A stretch of 64,000 bases of DNA from assembly GCF_009914755.1 (NCBI RefSeq), contig NC_060932.1; one strand, 5' to 3'. Numbering within the stretch: the first letter of the stretch is position 1; each line of letters opens with the position of its first letter. The stretch comes from the human T2T-CHM13v2.0 reference genome, Homo sapiens. This document shows, piece after piece, positions 1-21,805 of the stretch. The notes under the pieces were generated by a model. That model made no database searches. It was not told where the DNA came from and saw only the letters and a list, made by a program, of their open reading frames with translations. The translations under genes were made by a program, and so were the position numbers.

Positions 1-2760
<2,760 letters not shown>

Positions 2761-2765
2761 AAGAA

Positions 2766-4790
2766 AATAGTGCTGGAAGTCCTAGCCAGAGCAATCAGAC
2801 AAGAGAAAGAAAGGAAGGGCATCCAAATCAGTAAAGAGGAAGTGAAAATGTCACTGCTCACCATGGATATTATTGTATACCTGGAAAACCCTAAAAACTA
2901 ATCCAAAAAGCTCCTAGTAAAGTTACAGGATACAAACTCAATGAAAAAAAAATCACTAGCATTCCTATACACCAATAACAGCCAAACCAAGAGCCAAATC
3001 ATAAAGGCAATCCCATTTACAGTTGCCACAAAAAGAATAAAATACCTAGGAATCCAGCTAACCAGGGAGGTGAAAGATCTCTACAAGGAAAACTACAAAA
3101 CACTGCTGAAATAAATAATTGACAACACAAACAAGTGGAAACATCCCATGCTCATGGATAGGAAAAATCAATATAATGAAAATTGCTATATTGCCAGAAG
3201 CCATCTACAGATTGAATGCAATTGCCATCAAAGAACCATCATCATTCTTCACTGAACTAGAAAAAAAAATCCTAAAATTCATATCAAACCAAAAAAGACC
3301 TGGCATAGCCAAAGCAAGACTAAGCAAAAAGAACAAACCTGGAGGCCTGACATTACCTCACTGCAAACTATACTGCAAGGCTACAGTTACCAAAATATTG
3401 TGGTTCTGGTATAAAAATAGGCATATAAACCAAAAGGAAAAGAATAGAGAACCCAGAAATAAAGCCAGATACTTTACAGCCAACTGACCTTTGACAAAGC
3501 AAACAAAAACATAAAGTGGGGAAAGGACACACTATTCAACAAATGGTGCTGGAATAATTGGCAAGCCATATGTAGAAGAATGAAACTGAATTACAACTCT
3601 CATGTTATACAAAAATCAACTCAAGATGAATCAAAGACTAAAATCTAAGACCTGAAATCATAAATATCCTAGAAGATAAAATTGGTAAAACTCTTCTAGA
3701 CATTGGCTTAGGCAAAGGATTCATGATCTAGAAGCCTAAAGCAAATGCAACAACAACAAAAAATAAACAGATTAGACCTAATTAAACTAAAAAGCTTCTG
3801 CAAAGCAAAAGAAATAATCAACAGAGTAGACAGACAACCCACAGAATGGGAGAAAATATTCACCAAACTATGCATCTGACAAAGGACTAATATTTGGAAT
3901 CTACAAGGAACTCAAACAAATCAGTGAAAAAAAAAAACCCACAAATAATCCCATCAAAAAGTGGGCAAAGGACATAAATGGACAATTCTCAAAAGATATA
4001 CAAATGGCCAAGAGACATATGAAAAAAATGCTCAACATCACTAATTATTAGAGAAATGCAAATTAAAACCTCAACAAGATACCACCTTACTCCTGCAAGA
4101 ATGGACATAATTAAAAAAATCAAAAAAGAATAGATGTTGGCGTGGGTGATGGAAATGGAACACTTTTACACTGCAGGTGGAAATGTAATCTAGTACAACC
4201 ACTATGGAAAACAGTATGGAGATTCCTTACAGAACTAAAAGTAGAACTACAATTTGGTCCAGCAATCCCACTACTGGGTATCTACCCTGAGGAAAAGAAA
4301 TCATTATATGAAAAAGACACTTGCACATGCGTGTTTATAGCAGCACAATTCTCAGTTGCAAAAATATGGAACCAGCCTAAATGACCATTGACCAATGGGT
4401 GGATAAAGAAATTATGGTATATATATACCATGAAATACTACTCAGTCATAAAAAGGAATGAAATAATGGCATTCGCAGCAAACTGGATGGAGTTGGAGGC
4501 CATTATTTTAAGTAGAGTAACACAGTAATGGAAAACCAAATATCATATGTTCTCACTCATAAGTAGGAGCTAGGCTATGAGGACATACAGGCATAAGAAT
4601 GGTATAATGGACTTTGGGTACAGGGGAGGAAGGGAGGAGGGTGGTGTGAGGGATAAGAGACTACACATTGGGTAGATTATACACTGCACAGCTTGGGTGA
4701 TGGGTACAACAAAATCTCAGTAATTACCACTAAATAACTTATCTATATAACAAAAAACCACCTGTCCCCCCAAAACTATTGAAATTGTTT
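2766..4790 (+). mobile_element. Older LINE-1, L1PB-type, 3' ~2 kb (decayed ORF2 plus 3' UTR)
   Basis: Degenerate ORF2 peptides ([41 protein letters not shown]). L1PB-type 3' UTR (gagggataagagactacacattgggt...aaaatctcag...ccacctgtccccccaaaactattgaaat). Confidence 0.9.
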
Positions 4791-4805
4791 AAAAAAAGAA
4801 TAGTC

Positions 4806-5072
4806 GGCCAGGCGCGGTGGCTCATGCCTGTAATCCCAGCACTTTGGGAGGCTGAGGCAGGTGGATCACAAGGTCAGGAAATCGAGACCATGGTGAAACC
4901 CAGTCTCTACTGAAAATACAAAAAATTAGCTGGGCGCTGTGGCGGGCGCCTGTAGTCCCAGCTACTCAGGAGGCTGAGGCAGGAGAGTGGCGTGAGCAGA
5001 GATAGCGCCACTGCACTCCAGCCTGGGCGACAGAGCGAGACTCCGTCTCAAAAAAAAAAAAAAAAAAAAAAA
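4806..5072 (+). mobile_element. AluY-lineage (Yd-like) element with two internal deletions
   Basis: GGCC start, poly-A tail, TSD aaaagaatag(t/c)c on both sides. 12-nt deletion at gagacca^tggtg; about 25-nt deletion at ggcgtga^gcagag. Confidence 0.93.
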
Positions 5073-5287
5073 GAATAGCCAAAAAGAAAAAGAAAGTGAC
5101 AGTCATAGATGGCACTGCTGTGATTCTAGCAAGGCTGTAGGCTTCCAGAGTCTTTGCTCTTAACCAGTATTCAACATGCTTTTTTGCAAGAATGTATGCA
5201 ACCACTTTAGGAAAATATTTTTAACTCTAAAAAATACAGTAATATTGAACATATGCATACTATACAACCCAAAAATTGCATCTTGGA

Positions 5288-6131
<844 letters not shown>

Positions 6132-6139
6132 CACACCAG

Positions 6140-6492
6140 GTATGTATGCTTTTAGACTGTTCATAACAGTACTGTTTATGCTAGTAATAAAACAATTTAA
6201 ATAGTCAGCAATAAATAAATACACAAACTGCATAATAATCATACAATGGAGAACTCTACAGCAGTGAAATTCTCAACTAGAGAGAACAACATGTACTACC
6301 ATCGATGGATCTCATAGGCAATAAGAAATGAAAAAAAAGATGCAAAAAAAAAGTGGTACCAAAACATGCAATTTGGTACCACTTATATTAAGTTGGAAAA
6401 TAAGCAAATTATATATTGATTAGGGATTCCTTTTTATGTGGTAAGTCTAAAGAACTGCACGGAAAAAATAATCATCATATAAGTCAGAGTAG
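6140..6492 (+). mobile_element. Ancient L1M/L1ME 3' fragment (continues the piece at about 5180-5287)
   Basis: catacaatggagaactctacagcagtgaaa...atggatctcata resembles the L1ME 3' region; highly diverged. Confidence 0.55.
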
Positions 6493-6494
6493 GC

Positions 6495-6805
6495 TAACTC
6501 AATACAAGTTTTTCTCTCACTTAGATCATAGTCCAGTGAACTTGGTGGTGAGAAACTCCTCCATATGGTCATTCAGGGACCCAATATTGTCCATTGTATT
6601 TCCCCCTCCTTGAGAACTTCAGGACCTTCTTTATGCAGCCAAGTAAGGAAAAAGCTAGGAATATTACTCAGGAGGTTTTTCTGGGTGAGATCAAGAAGTT
6701 ATGTACCTCATTTTGTTCACATTCTGTTGGTCAGAATTCATTTACATGCAAGGGAAGTTGGTAAATATAGCATAGCTGTATGGCACAGAAAAGAAAAGGG
6801 ACTTT
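6495..6805 (-). mobile_element. Old MLT1 (J/K/L-type) LTR fragment
   Basis: gtcattcagggaccca...gttcacattctgttggtcagaatt...catgcaagggaagttggtaaatatag are typical antisense MLT1 motifs. Confidence 0.5.
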
Positions 6806-7247
6806 TTGTAGTAGATTTTGTTGTAGTTAACACTGGGTGGGTGGGTGGGGACAGAGTGAAGTATATTCAGGGGAGAAGAAATGGACGGCTTCACCTATAT
6901 TGTTCTACTTGCTAAGCTATGTGGGATGCATGCATGGATTTTTATTATATTTTCTTTAAGTATTTGCTTTTTCTGAACTATGTCATTATACAATGAAGAG
7001 CTTATTAAAGTAATTAAATAGAATGTAGGATCTCTAATCAGGGAAACAGAGATTAAAACAATTCTGTATGAAATATTCAGGAGAAATGAATCAGAATTCT
7101 AGAAGAATATCCTGGGAATGGAGTAGGGATTCTGCAATTTAGAACAATGTAAGTGTGCAGGGCTGATTTCTGTTTTTGTTGGGTTGTCCTTTGAATCAAG
7201 ATTGATTCTGGAAAGGGATGTAAATGAGCATCAACAATTCTATAGGT

Positions 7248-7386
7248 GGCTGAGCACTGTGGCTCATGCCTGTTTTCCCAGTGTTTGAGTGGTCGAAGTG
7301 GGAAGATTGCCTGAGCCGAGGAGTTTTAGATCAGCCTAGATAACATGGCAAGACCCTGTCTCAAAAAAAAAAAAAAAAAAAAAAAT
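7248..7386 (+). mobile_element. FLAM (free left Alu monomer)
   Basis: ggctgagcactgtggctcatgcctg...agaccctgtctc followed by a long A tail; single monomer. Confidence 0.85.
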
Positions 7387-8771
7387 TTACAAGAAAGTCT
7401 AAACACCCAATGACATCAGGTAAGGGCTCTTACATGCACCATCATAGCACAGAATTGTAGAATTTTCAGAGTGGAAAGGGTCTTCAGAGATATGTACTCT
7501 TATCAGCTTTCTACCAAGGACAGTTGTGTCCTCCCCAGTACCTTTGGCAGGTGGTCATTCAGCCCCTGGGAGAACATTTCCAGTGAAGAGTGTTCCAAGC
7601 CTTCCTATAGTCCTGACTGTCCAGCATGCGTGGCCTCATACTTTATTTTCTGCCAGGCCAGGAGTAGACAATCCAAGGTAATCCACTATGTTGTCAACTG
7701 GGCTGCTGTTTTTGGTAAAGGTAGTGGCCTTTCAATGGCTTAATCCAATGGATTGGCCCATAGAGTGCCTAATGGGAGAATGTCTTGGAGTGTGTGAAAC
7801 TTTCTTCGGAACCTACAGATGCTCGCTTATTTATCTGCATATTTCTAGACACATTTCTAAGGTAACCCTTTATATTGCAGGATGCATATCTGAGATCAAG
7901 ATTAAAAATTATTTTTTTCACCATTTGAAGTTGATATTCAGCCTATGAGGGGCCACACCCACAGTCATAAAGGTGATATTTCCTTACTCTGTACTCCTGA
8001 GGATCTTTGTGTATACCTCTTTCTTGATACTTCAAATATTCTGGCATCAACTAGGGAGTGATATTTGTCTATGTTCCTTCTAGTATTTGATGACTTCCTC
8101 ATAGATATTAATCAGCCACAGTGTCTGGTCTACAGAAGATGACCAATAATAAGAAAAAATGCAAACATAAACATTAGAAAAGTTATAAGGAAAATAATTC
8201 AAAAGAATTGATGAGATGTGAGACTACTTCTACTTAATAGGAGTTATTAATTACTAATACAAGATTTCTATGAGAAACGGTTGAACACTTAAATTACATG
8301 CAAATCAGAAGGATTTCAGAATACAGATATTATGGCCATACTAAAATTTCAGATCACCAGGAGTATGTAATATCCCTCCTTTTCTAGATATTGCAGTTAG
8401 CTGTATTCATGTGCTAAAATTCACGAAGATGCACGTGTTTACAAAGTAAGGGAGGTAAGATTGAAAGTGGCAGTTCACAGCTCCCAGACAAGAGGGTTCC
8501 ATTTTGAAAGTGGCAACCTTCTCCTTTCCACTTGATTACAGATCCAATTGAAAGATAAGCATAAAAATCAGATAAAAATTATCACTTAAGTCTTTGGGCA
8601 AATCGGCTTGTTAAAATTCTGAATTAAAAAATTCCCTGAAACTGCAGGCCACTCCGCAGTGACAGATCCAGCTCATCTGTGCTTGTGACATGGCTACAAA
8701 ATGGTGAGAAGGATTTGAGTTGTGTTCATTTCATTCTTCCTGCTCACCAGTCAAGGAAAGGCACTGCTCAT

Positions 8772-9201
8772 CAGCCCAAATGCCCATCAATCAATGAGTG
8801 TATAAAGAAAACGTGAGATATAAATGTATATACACATACCATGGAATACTACTCAGCCACAAAAGGAACAAAATAACGGCATTCACAGCAACCTGGATAG
8901 AATTGGAGACCATTATTCTAAGTGAACTCAGAAATGGAAAACTAAACATCATATGTTCTCACTCATAAGTGGGAGCTAAGCTGTGAAGACGCAAAGGCAT
9001 TAAGAATGATACAGTGGACTTTGGGAACTCAGGGGAAAGGGTAGAAAGGGGGTGAGGGATAAAAGACTACACACTGAGTAGAGTGTACACTGCTTGGGTG
9101 AGGAGCGTACCTAAATCTCAGAAATCACCACTAAAGAATTTATTCATGGAACCAAACACCACTTGTTTCCCAAACACCTATTGAAATAGGAAAAACAAAA
9201 A
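8772..9201 (+). mobile_element. 5'-truncated L1PB 3' end with 19-bp TSD
   Basis: L1PB 3' UTR. TSD aaggaaaggcactgctcat (8753-8771) and aagaaaaggcactcctcat (9202-9220). Confidence 0.9.
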
Positions 9202-9350
9202 AAGAAAAGGCACTCCTCATGAGGGGCAGTGACGGTTGGGCAAACCCAGCAGAGCTACACAAATGGAAACCCTCACATAGAAACAGAAGAGTAAATAAGT
9301 GTGCCCCAATAACAAAGTAGGCTTGCCAAATTCTGTCCATAGTGTGCTAA

Positions 9351-9699
<349 letters not shown>

Positions 9700-10574
9700 T
9701 AGTACTCTGAATCTTATTCATGATCCAGAAGAAGGTGGTTTGACAGGTTCTCTGGAACTATGTATCCCTCCAACAGCAAGGAGCAGCACTATTTCTCCTC
9801 CTGGTATCCCCACTGAATGCTGATAGAAGTGCAAGACTGTCATGGGTAATAAATACATAAGCAGGTCTGAGCTTCAATAGCAAGGTGCAGAAAGAATCAG
9901 GGAGCATAAAATAGAGTTGCTTAGGATTCTGCTGACTAGTCTAGGGCAGAAGTAGGGCTGGCTGATTGTACACTTCCTCTGTCAGAGCCTGAGAAGCTCG
10001 AAAGGATTGTTCAGAAAAATCCCAAAGCAGGTATAAATTTATGCTCACAAGTATTCCGCTGTCAATGTGCAACTCTAGCTGAGGTTTTGGGTGTATATTT
10101 TGATGTAATTAGAAAAAAAAAAAGACTATGAAGACCAAGAAAACACATCAGTCTTTTACAGTGCAATTATATGGTTTTCTGTGGCTTTGTTCTATGACTC
10201 TGAGGCAGACACATATACATATGTGCATTTGTTTTGTGAATTTATGTATTTATATAAACACATCACACATTGTCAGTTATTAGAGGTTTCTTATATGTAA
10301 ATTATTCTAAGTAAAGTATAAATATAAAATTTAAAATACAAATATATTTAAATATAAAAACTTCTTTAATATTAGTTTTACATTTATAATATTTTGAAAT
10401 AGATGTCCTGAATTATTAAAAGAAGATTCTGAGAAAGAATTAACCATTTCTTGATTCCTTAAGTTCATCATTATGGGATGGACTTGGGTTATTGAAATAT
10501 TTAGAGAACTTTTCCCTTACATGTAATGGTCCAGACTGTGCTTATCATCTCTCTGTCATGATCAGCTGCTAGAT

Positions 10575-10980
10575 ATTTTTGAGATAAAATTTACACACAG
10601 TGAAATGCACAGCTCTTAATTGTATAATCTGATGAGTTTTGATAAATGTTATATCTGTGTTGTCATACCCCAATCAAAACACAGGATACTTCTATCAGTG
10701 GTACAATCATGGCTTATTTCAGCCTCCAACTCCTGGGCTCAAAGGATCCTTCCACCTTATTTTTCGTAGAGACAGGTCTCCATATGTTGCCCAGGCTAGT
10801 CTCGAACTCCTGGGCTTGAGTGATCCTCCTGCCTTGGTCTCCCAAAGTGCTGGAATTACAGGCGTGAGCCACTGCTTCCAGCCCATACAATGTGTTCGTC
10901 CATTTTCCTGTTGATGGATATTAAGGCAGTTTCCCTTTTATCCTATTACAAAGAAAGTTGTAATAACATTTTTATAAACA
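10575..10980 (-). mobile_element. Old L1M 3' fragment interrupted by an internally deleted AluJ piece (about 10697-10883)
   Basis: gagataaaatttacacacagtgaaatgcaca (L1M antisense). AluJ motifs actcctgggctcaa and gttgcccaggctagtctcgaactcctgggc. Confidence 0.7.
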
Positions 10981-11024
10981 TTTGAATAAGCAACTTGATA
11001 AACATATGAAAGATAAGACTTGAA

Positions 11025-12040
<1,016 letters not shown>

Positions 12041-12264
12041 GTTCAACTGCTGTTTTTTGATTATCTTATGCAATATGCTTTGAAGCATTTTCCTTTAAGA
12101 TCAGGCAGAAACAGGACAATAAAGAGAAACCAACATCATCTGAACACCTTTTATGTGCCAGATGATGTGATAGGCAGATTATACATATTACTCCAGGAGT
12201 TATGTGACTTTCCTAAGGGTAAACGAATAACAAATAGCAAATACGACTTTCTTTTATCCTTGTA

Positions 12265-12826
12265 TGCATTCATCAATAAGTTTCTGTTAGTATTGGCCAT
12301 TGTCCTGAGTACTAGATGCACTGCATGAAAAATAATAAAGAAAAAGATAAGGTTACTGTTTTCATGTTACTTAAATTCTAGTGGGATTGAGATGACATAA
12401 AAAATATATATATATATATAAAAAGGAGGGGTTTCTGATTGTAAGCTACTGTGAGGAAATTGCAACAGGGTCATAGGACAGAGTGGCTGACAAGGTGGAG
12501 GCACATTGGAAATAGACATGGAAGATGCATCTGGGCGATGGTGTGTTGGAGCTGCTGCTCCACTGATGAAGAATCAGGCACGTGGAAATCTGGAGAAGAG
12601 TCATCCAGGGAGAAGGGACAGCAAGAACAAAGATCTTAGGGTAAGAACTAACTTAACTGGGTCAAGGAGTAAATGGAGTCCTGTGTGACCAAACAGGGAG
12701 AGTGATGAGGACGAGGGTAGAAAGGTTGGTAGGGGCTAGATCATGCAGTGCCTTTAACACTATGGTAAAAAGTTCAGATTTTATGCTAAATGCAATGGGA
12801 CTCCACTGGAAGGTTTTAAACCAGAG
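12265..12826 (-). mobile_element. L2 3' fragment
   Basis: catccagggagaagggacagcaagaacaaag and gattttatgctaaatgcaatgggactccactggaaggttttaa are typical antisense L2 motifs. Confidence 0.75.
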
Positions 12827-12940
12827 TTTTAGGATCCACTGCTGGAACATTGTCAGTAGTCAATTGATGTTAACTACAATATTACAGCAGGGTTTGACTT
12901 GAGGGTTGCTTGTATTGCTTCTTTAATAAAGTCAAGTACA

Positions 12941-13075
12941 CATTTATTTATTGATTTGTCCACTCAATAAATATTAATTGAGTTCTTCTATCAGCCAGAT
13001 AACATTCCAGGCATAAACAATGTAACAGCAAATTGTACAACCAAAAGCCCTGCCCTTATAGCGCTTATGATCTAT
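12941..13075 (-). mobile_element. L2 3' end
   Basis: cactcaataaatattaattgag...agccctgcccttatagcgctta. Confidence 0.6.
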
Positions 13076-13115
13076 CTCTGTGCTTTTCTAACCTGGCCGC
13101 ATAATTAGAATTTAA

Positions 13116-13674
<559 letters not shown>

Positions 13675-14829
13675 GAGATTTTAAAAGAATATTTTTAGGC
13701 TTCCCTTCAAACATTGCGATGAAACTGGAGCACAGATAAACTTCAAAGTGCAGCCCATAATTTATTGGCCAGCAAGTAGCAGAGCTGAGATTTGAACCCA
13801 TAACTTTCTACCATTTAGCAATGCTTTTTCCATATATAACAGCTATAAAATGTTTTTAAAAAAATAAATAGCATTCTCTTAATTACTTATTAACTTTTCT
13901 ATTTAGTATTCAGTGCTTTTGTTTCCTAGGAAAGGCCGTCAGAAAAGCTAACATATAATTACAAGCCGAGTTCTATTCTTATATTTCAATTCCAGAATTG
14001 ATTAGAGCAATGTCACGATTCTTCACAAAAAGGATAAAGAAACTTAGAATAACTTTAGTTTTTACAGAGTCTGAACATTGTTTGCTTAAAATTTGTTTCC
14101 CTGCCCTTGTCCTGCCTAATTGGAGAATTAAGGTAGGATGGTGCTTCTGTGGATGAAAGTCAGCCCCTGGCCTGAACAGCAGGTATGTGGGACATATTCA
14201 TTTGTAGGCATCAAGTTGGCCATATTTGAAATAAGAATTTAAAGAGAACAGGTTTTCATAATGACAAAATCTTCATTTTTGTTTGACATTAATTTGCATA
14301 ATCTAAGTAATTTATGTCTCACATGCCTTTGGAATCAAATACTAGAGAAAAACAAATTTTTCTTTCAAATCCAATTGTGAGTTTACATTTTGCCAAATTA
14401 TCAGCTAATATGCAACTTCAAGGAATAAGGACCAGGAATTAACTAGACACTCAAGTCACTGTCTTTATTAAAATTCATGTTAATATAAAGTGTGACTTCT
14501 AGTAGACCTACTTTGTCACTGCATACAAATAACTCAATTGTGTTGGGACAAGTAAATGTTTTGCATGTATATGAAGAGATTGATAAACTTTTGTTAGTTA
14601 TCAACGTCCTTTAACATCAAGAGGTTTAAAATATGTTAGTACAAGACATTAGATCAAGATAAGGGCTGCCTTTAGTTGAGTTGTTGAACATTCATTTTTT
14701 TGAATAAAATAGATATGAAAATATACAATATCTGATGTTGTACTAATATGTCACATACAATATCTGATATGTGTTCTCATATGTCACTGTCACTCACTTC
14801 ACCCAAATAGGCAGCTTTTCTTCCTAGCC

Positions 14830-19496
<4,667 letters not shown>

Positions 19497-19638
19497 GGCT
19501 GTCATCATGGATAACACTGTGAAGTGTCATCTAGGACGAGGTAGTGCCTGTGATGGAGGTGAGGACCATGAGGCAGAAGCAGTCAGAGGTCAGCAGGTCA
19601 AGGCAGGAGGGCAGATTCTCAAGAGAGTAGAAAAGTTA

Positions 19639-19897
19639 CAGTCACTGAGTAACCCTAATTGAAAAATCCAAAACTTGAAGTGTTCCAAAATCGGAAACAT
19701 TTTGAGCGCTGGTATAATGCTCAAAGGACATGCTCATTGGAGCATTTTGGATTTTTGGATTTTCAGATTAGGGATGCTCCACCAGTATATAATACAAATA
19801 TTACAACCCTCCCCAGTCCCTGCAAAAAAAAAGAAAAAAAATCGAAAATCTGAAGTGCTTGTGGCCCCAAGCGTTTGGATAAGAGATACTCAACCTG
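19639..19897 (+). mobile_element. Tigger4a-type non-autonomous DNA transposon
   Basis: Terminal gatactcaacctg, TA flanks, internal ctcattggagcattttggatttt...gattagggatgctc. Confidence 0.85.
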
Positions 19898-19929
19898 TAA
19901 TAAAAATGAATAAACCTCAGAAATAGGCA

Positions 19930-20455
19930 ATGACATGAGTGAGTCTCCCAAACAGGATACTGAGACACATATAAAAAGACACATACAATATAATTACATT
20001 TGTTCAGCACTCAAAAAAGGCTAACTTAATCTATATTATTTTGAGATGCATATAAAAGTCATAAAATGATAAAGAAAACAAAGGGATGCCTCGTTATTAT
20101 CCTCCCTTTCAAACCATTGAAATCATTCTACATTATTTCAAAGTAAGTGTTGTTTTGAAATTATTTTTCTCTATGTAAATGCACTGTGGGGAAGAAGGGG
20201 GAAAGGTGGTTGAAGGAAGGTGAGGAACTGCAGAGAGGCCTTTATTCTAAAGGTCAGGATGCTGAGTTCTGTCCATGAGGATGGGCGGTATATGACTGGC
20301 AGAAGGCACAGAGGATATATTTCAGCCTGGCAACAGTCTAGTTTTTGACCCACGTGATAGTTTACTAAGTTCACGGTACACTTATTATTTAAATCACACA
20401 TATATTTTCCGTACCTTTCTTAATATGCATCACATTTCTCAATTTCAAAAGAAAA
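19930..20455 (+). mobile_element. Ancient L1ME 3' fragment, split by an insertion at about 20088-20241
   Basis: ataaagaaaacaaagggatg on the left resumes as aaaggtcaggatg...ggcacagagg...tatgcatcacatttctcaat on the right. Confidence 0.5.
20123..20241 (+). repeat. 119-bp dispersed direct repeat, copy 1
   Basis: Ungapped match to 21308-21426 with 6 mismatches. Confidence 0.95.
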
Positions 20456-20959
20456 CTTTATTGAGGAAGAAAAGCAATGATTCATGGTCAATGTCATGGA
20501 AAGAAAAATTTCACCTCCACACGTGCCCGCCCCTAGTCCTGAGATACTTTGCAGAGGTCTACCAAGTGGCAGGGAGTGGTATCCCGTGGAGGAGCAGGTG
20601 GGGACATTCTGTGGAGTAAGGAATATGGAGATGCAGTGTGTGCTTTTGCAGCGATGAATCCAGACAAGGTGATTTTAGTCGGGAGACCAGTGGCTGAATG
20701 GGATTTCATCCCTGATATTAAAGAGGACAGGATAGAGGGAGTTGATTGTAAGCAACAGACATCAACACTCTGGGTGGTATAAAGTTATTTAGAGTCCGGA
20801 CTCCCATGGGACTCCAGGTTTCTGTTGGTTCTGGTTCTACCAGCAGCTTCATCCTGGTCAGGGTGGTGAAATGCCAGCCCCGCTGAGACCACCAACATCT
20901 GTGGGACCCAAAAGCCACCAGCCACACCTGATCTGTTTGTCTGCATCTTTCTCCTCTAT

Positions 20960-21071
20960 CTGTGGTGAAACCATGTCTGCTGTGAGCACCATCATATCTC
21001 CAGAGCCCAGCACACATGCCTGGGAAATTGTAATGCCTGCTAAATCTTTGAAGAATGAATGAGCAGATGAA
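20960..21071 (+). mobile_element. L2 3' end
   Basis: atctccagagcccagcacacatgcctgg...gaatgaatga. Confidence 0.65.
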
Positions 21072-21307
21072 GAATTCCTATTTTACATTAGGAGAATTCG
21101 AGCCTGGAAGAGCTACAGAAAGGAACTGGAGCTAGCAGTGGCACAGACTGTTTAATAACACTTAATACTCAAAACTGTTTTCCAAAACTGACTAATTTTT
21201 CCTTCCACAAACTCCTCTGCATTTTTTTACAATCCAGATTCCGGCAGCTACGGTTCAGATACTGCAAGGAAAGGAGTGAAAAGGGTTTTCATGCTTTTAG
21301 TAAGTGG

Positions 21308-21426
21308 TCATTCTTCATTATTTCAAAGTAAGTGTTGTTTTGAAATTATTTTTCTCCACGTAAATGCATTGTGGGGAAGAAGGGGGGAAGGTGGTTGAAG
21401 GAAGGTGAGGAACTGAAGAGAGGCCT
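21308..21426 (+). repeat. 119-bp dispersed direct repeat, copy 2
   Basis: Ungapped match to 20123-20241 with 6 mismatches. Confidence 0.95.
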
Positions 21427-21805
21427 GGAGGATCAGTCATAAATCAAACAAGATGGGGAGGAAAGAGAGCAAATTAGTGAAGGGGACAAAGCATGGAAAG
21501 AAGAAACAAGCTTCAGGGCACTGGAGAATTAGAAAAGGAAGGGCTGTGGGGAGGTAGGAGAGGGACAACTGACAGAGTAATGGGATCCTGTTCAGATGAC
21601 AAACACTGAGCTCCCATGCCTGCCTCCCCCACCGCCACTCCCGCCCCGCCACCCCCGTCACCCCACCTCCAGGCCACATCTGCTGCAGTCGCCTCCTAAC
21701 TGGCCTGCTTTGCTCTGGCCTTTCCCCAACCTGCTTGATACCTGCTCACCCACTACAGGTCAAGATCAAAGTCAGGAGAGCTGTTTTCTACTCCAAGTTT
21801 GAAAA

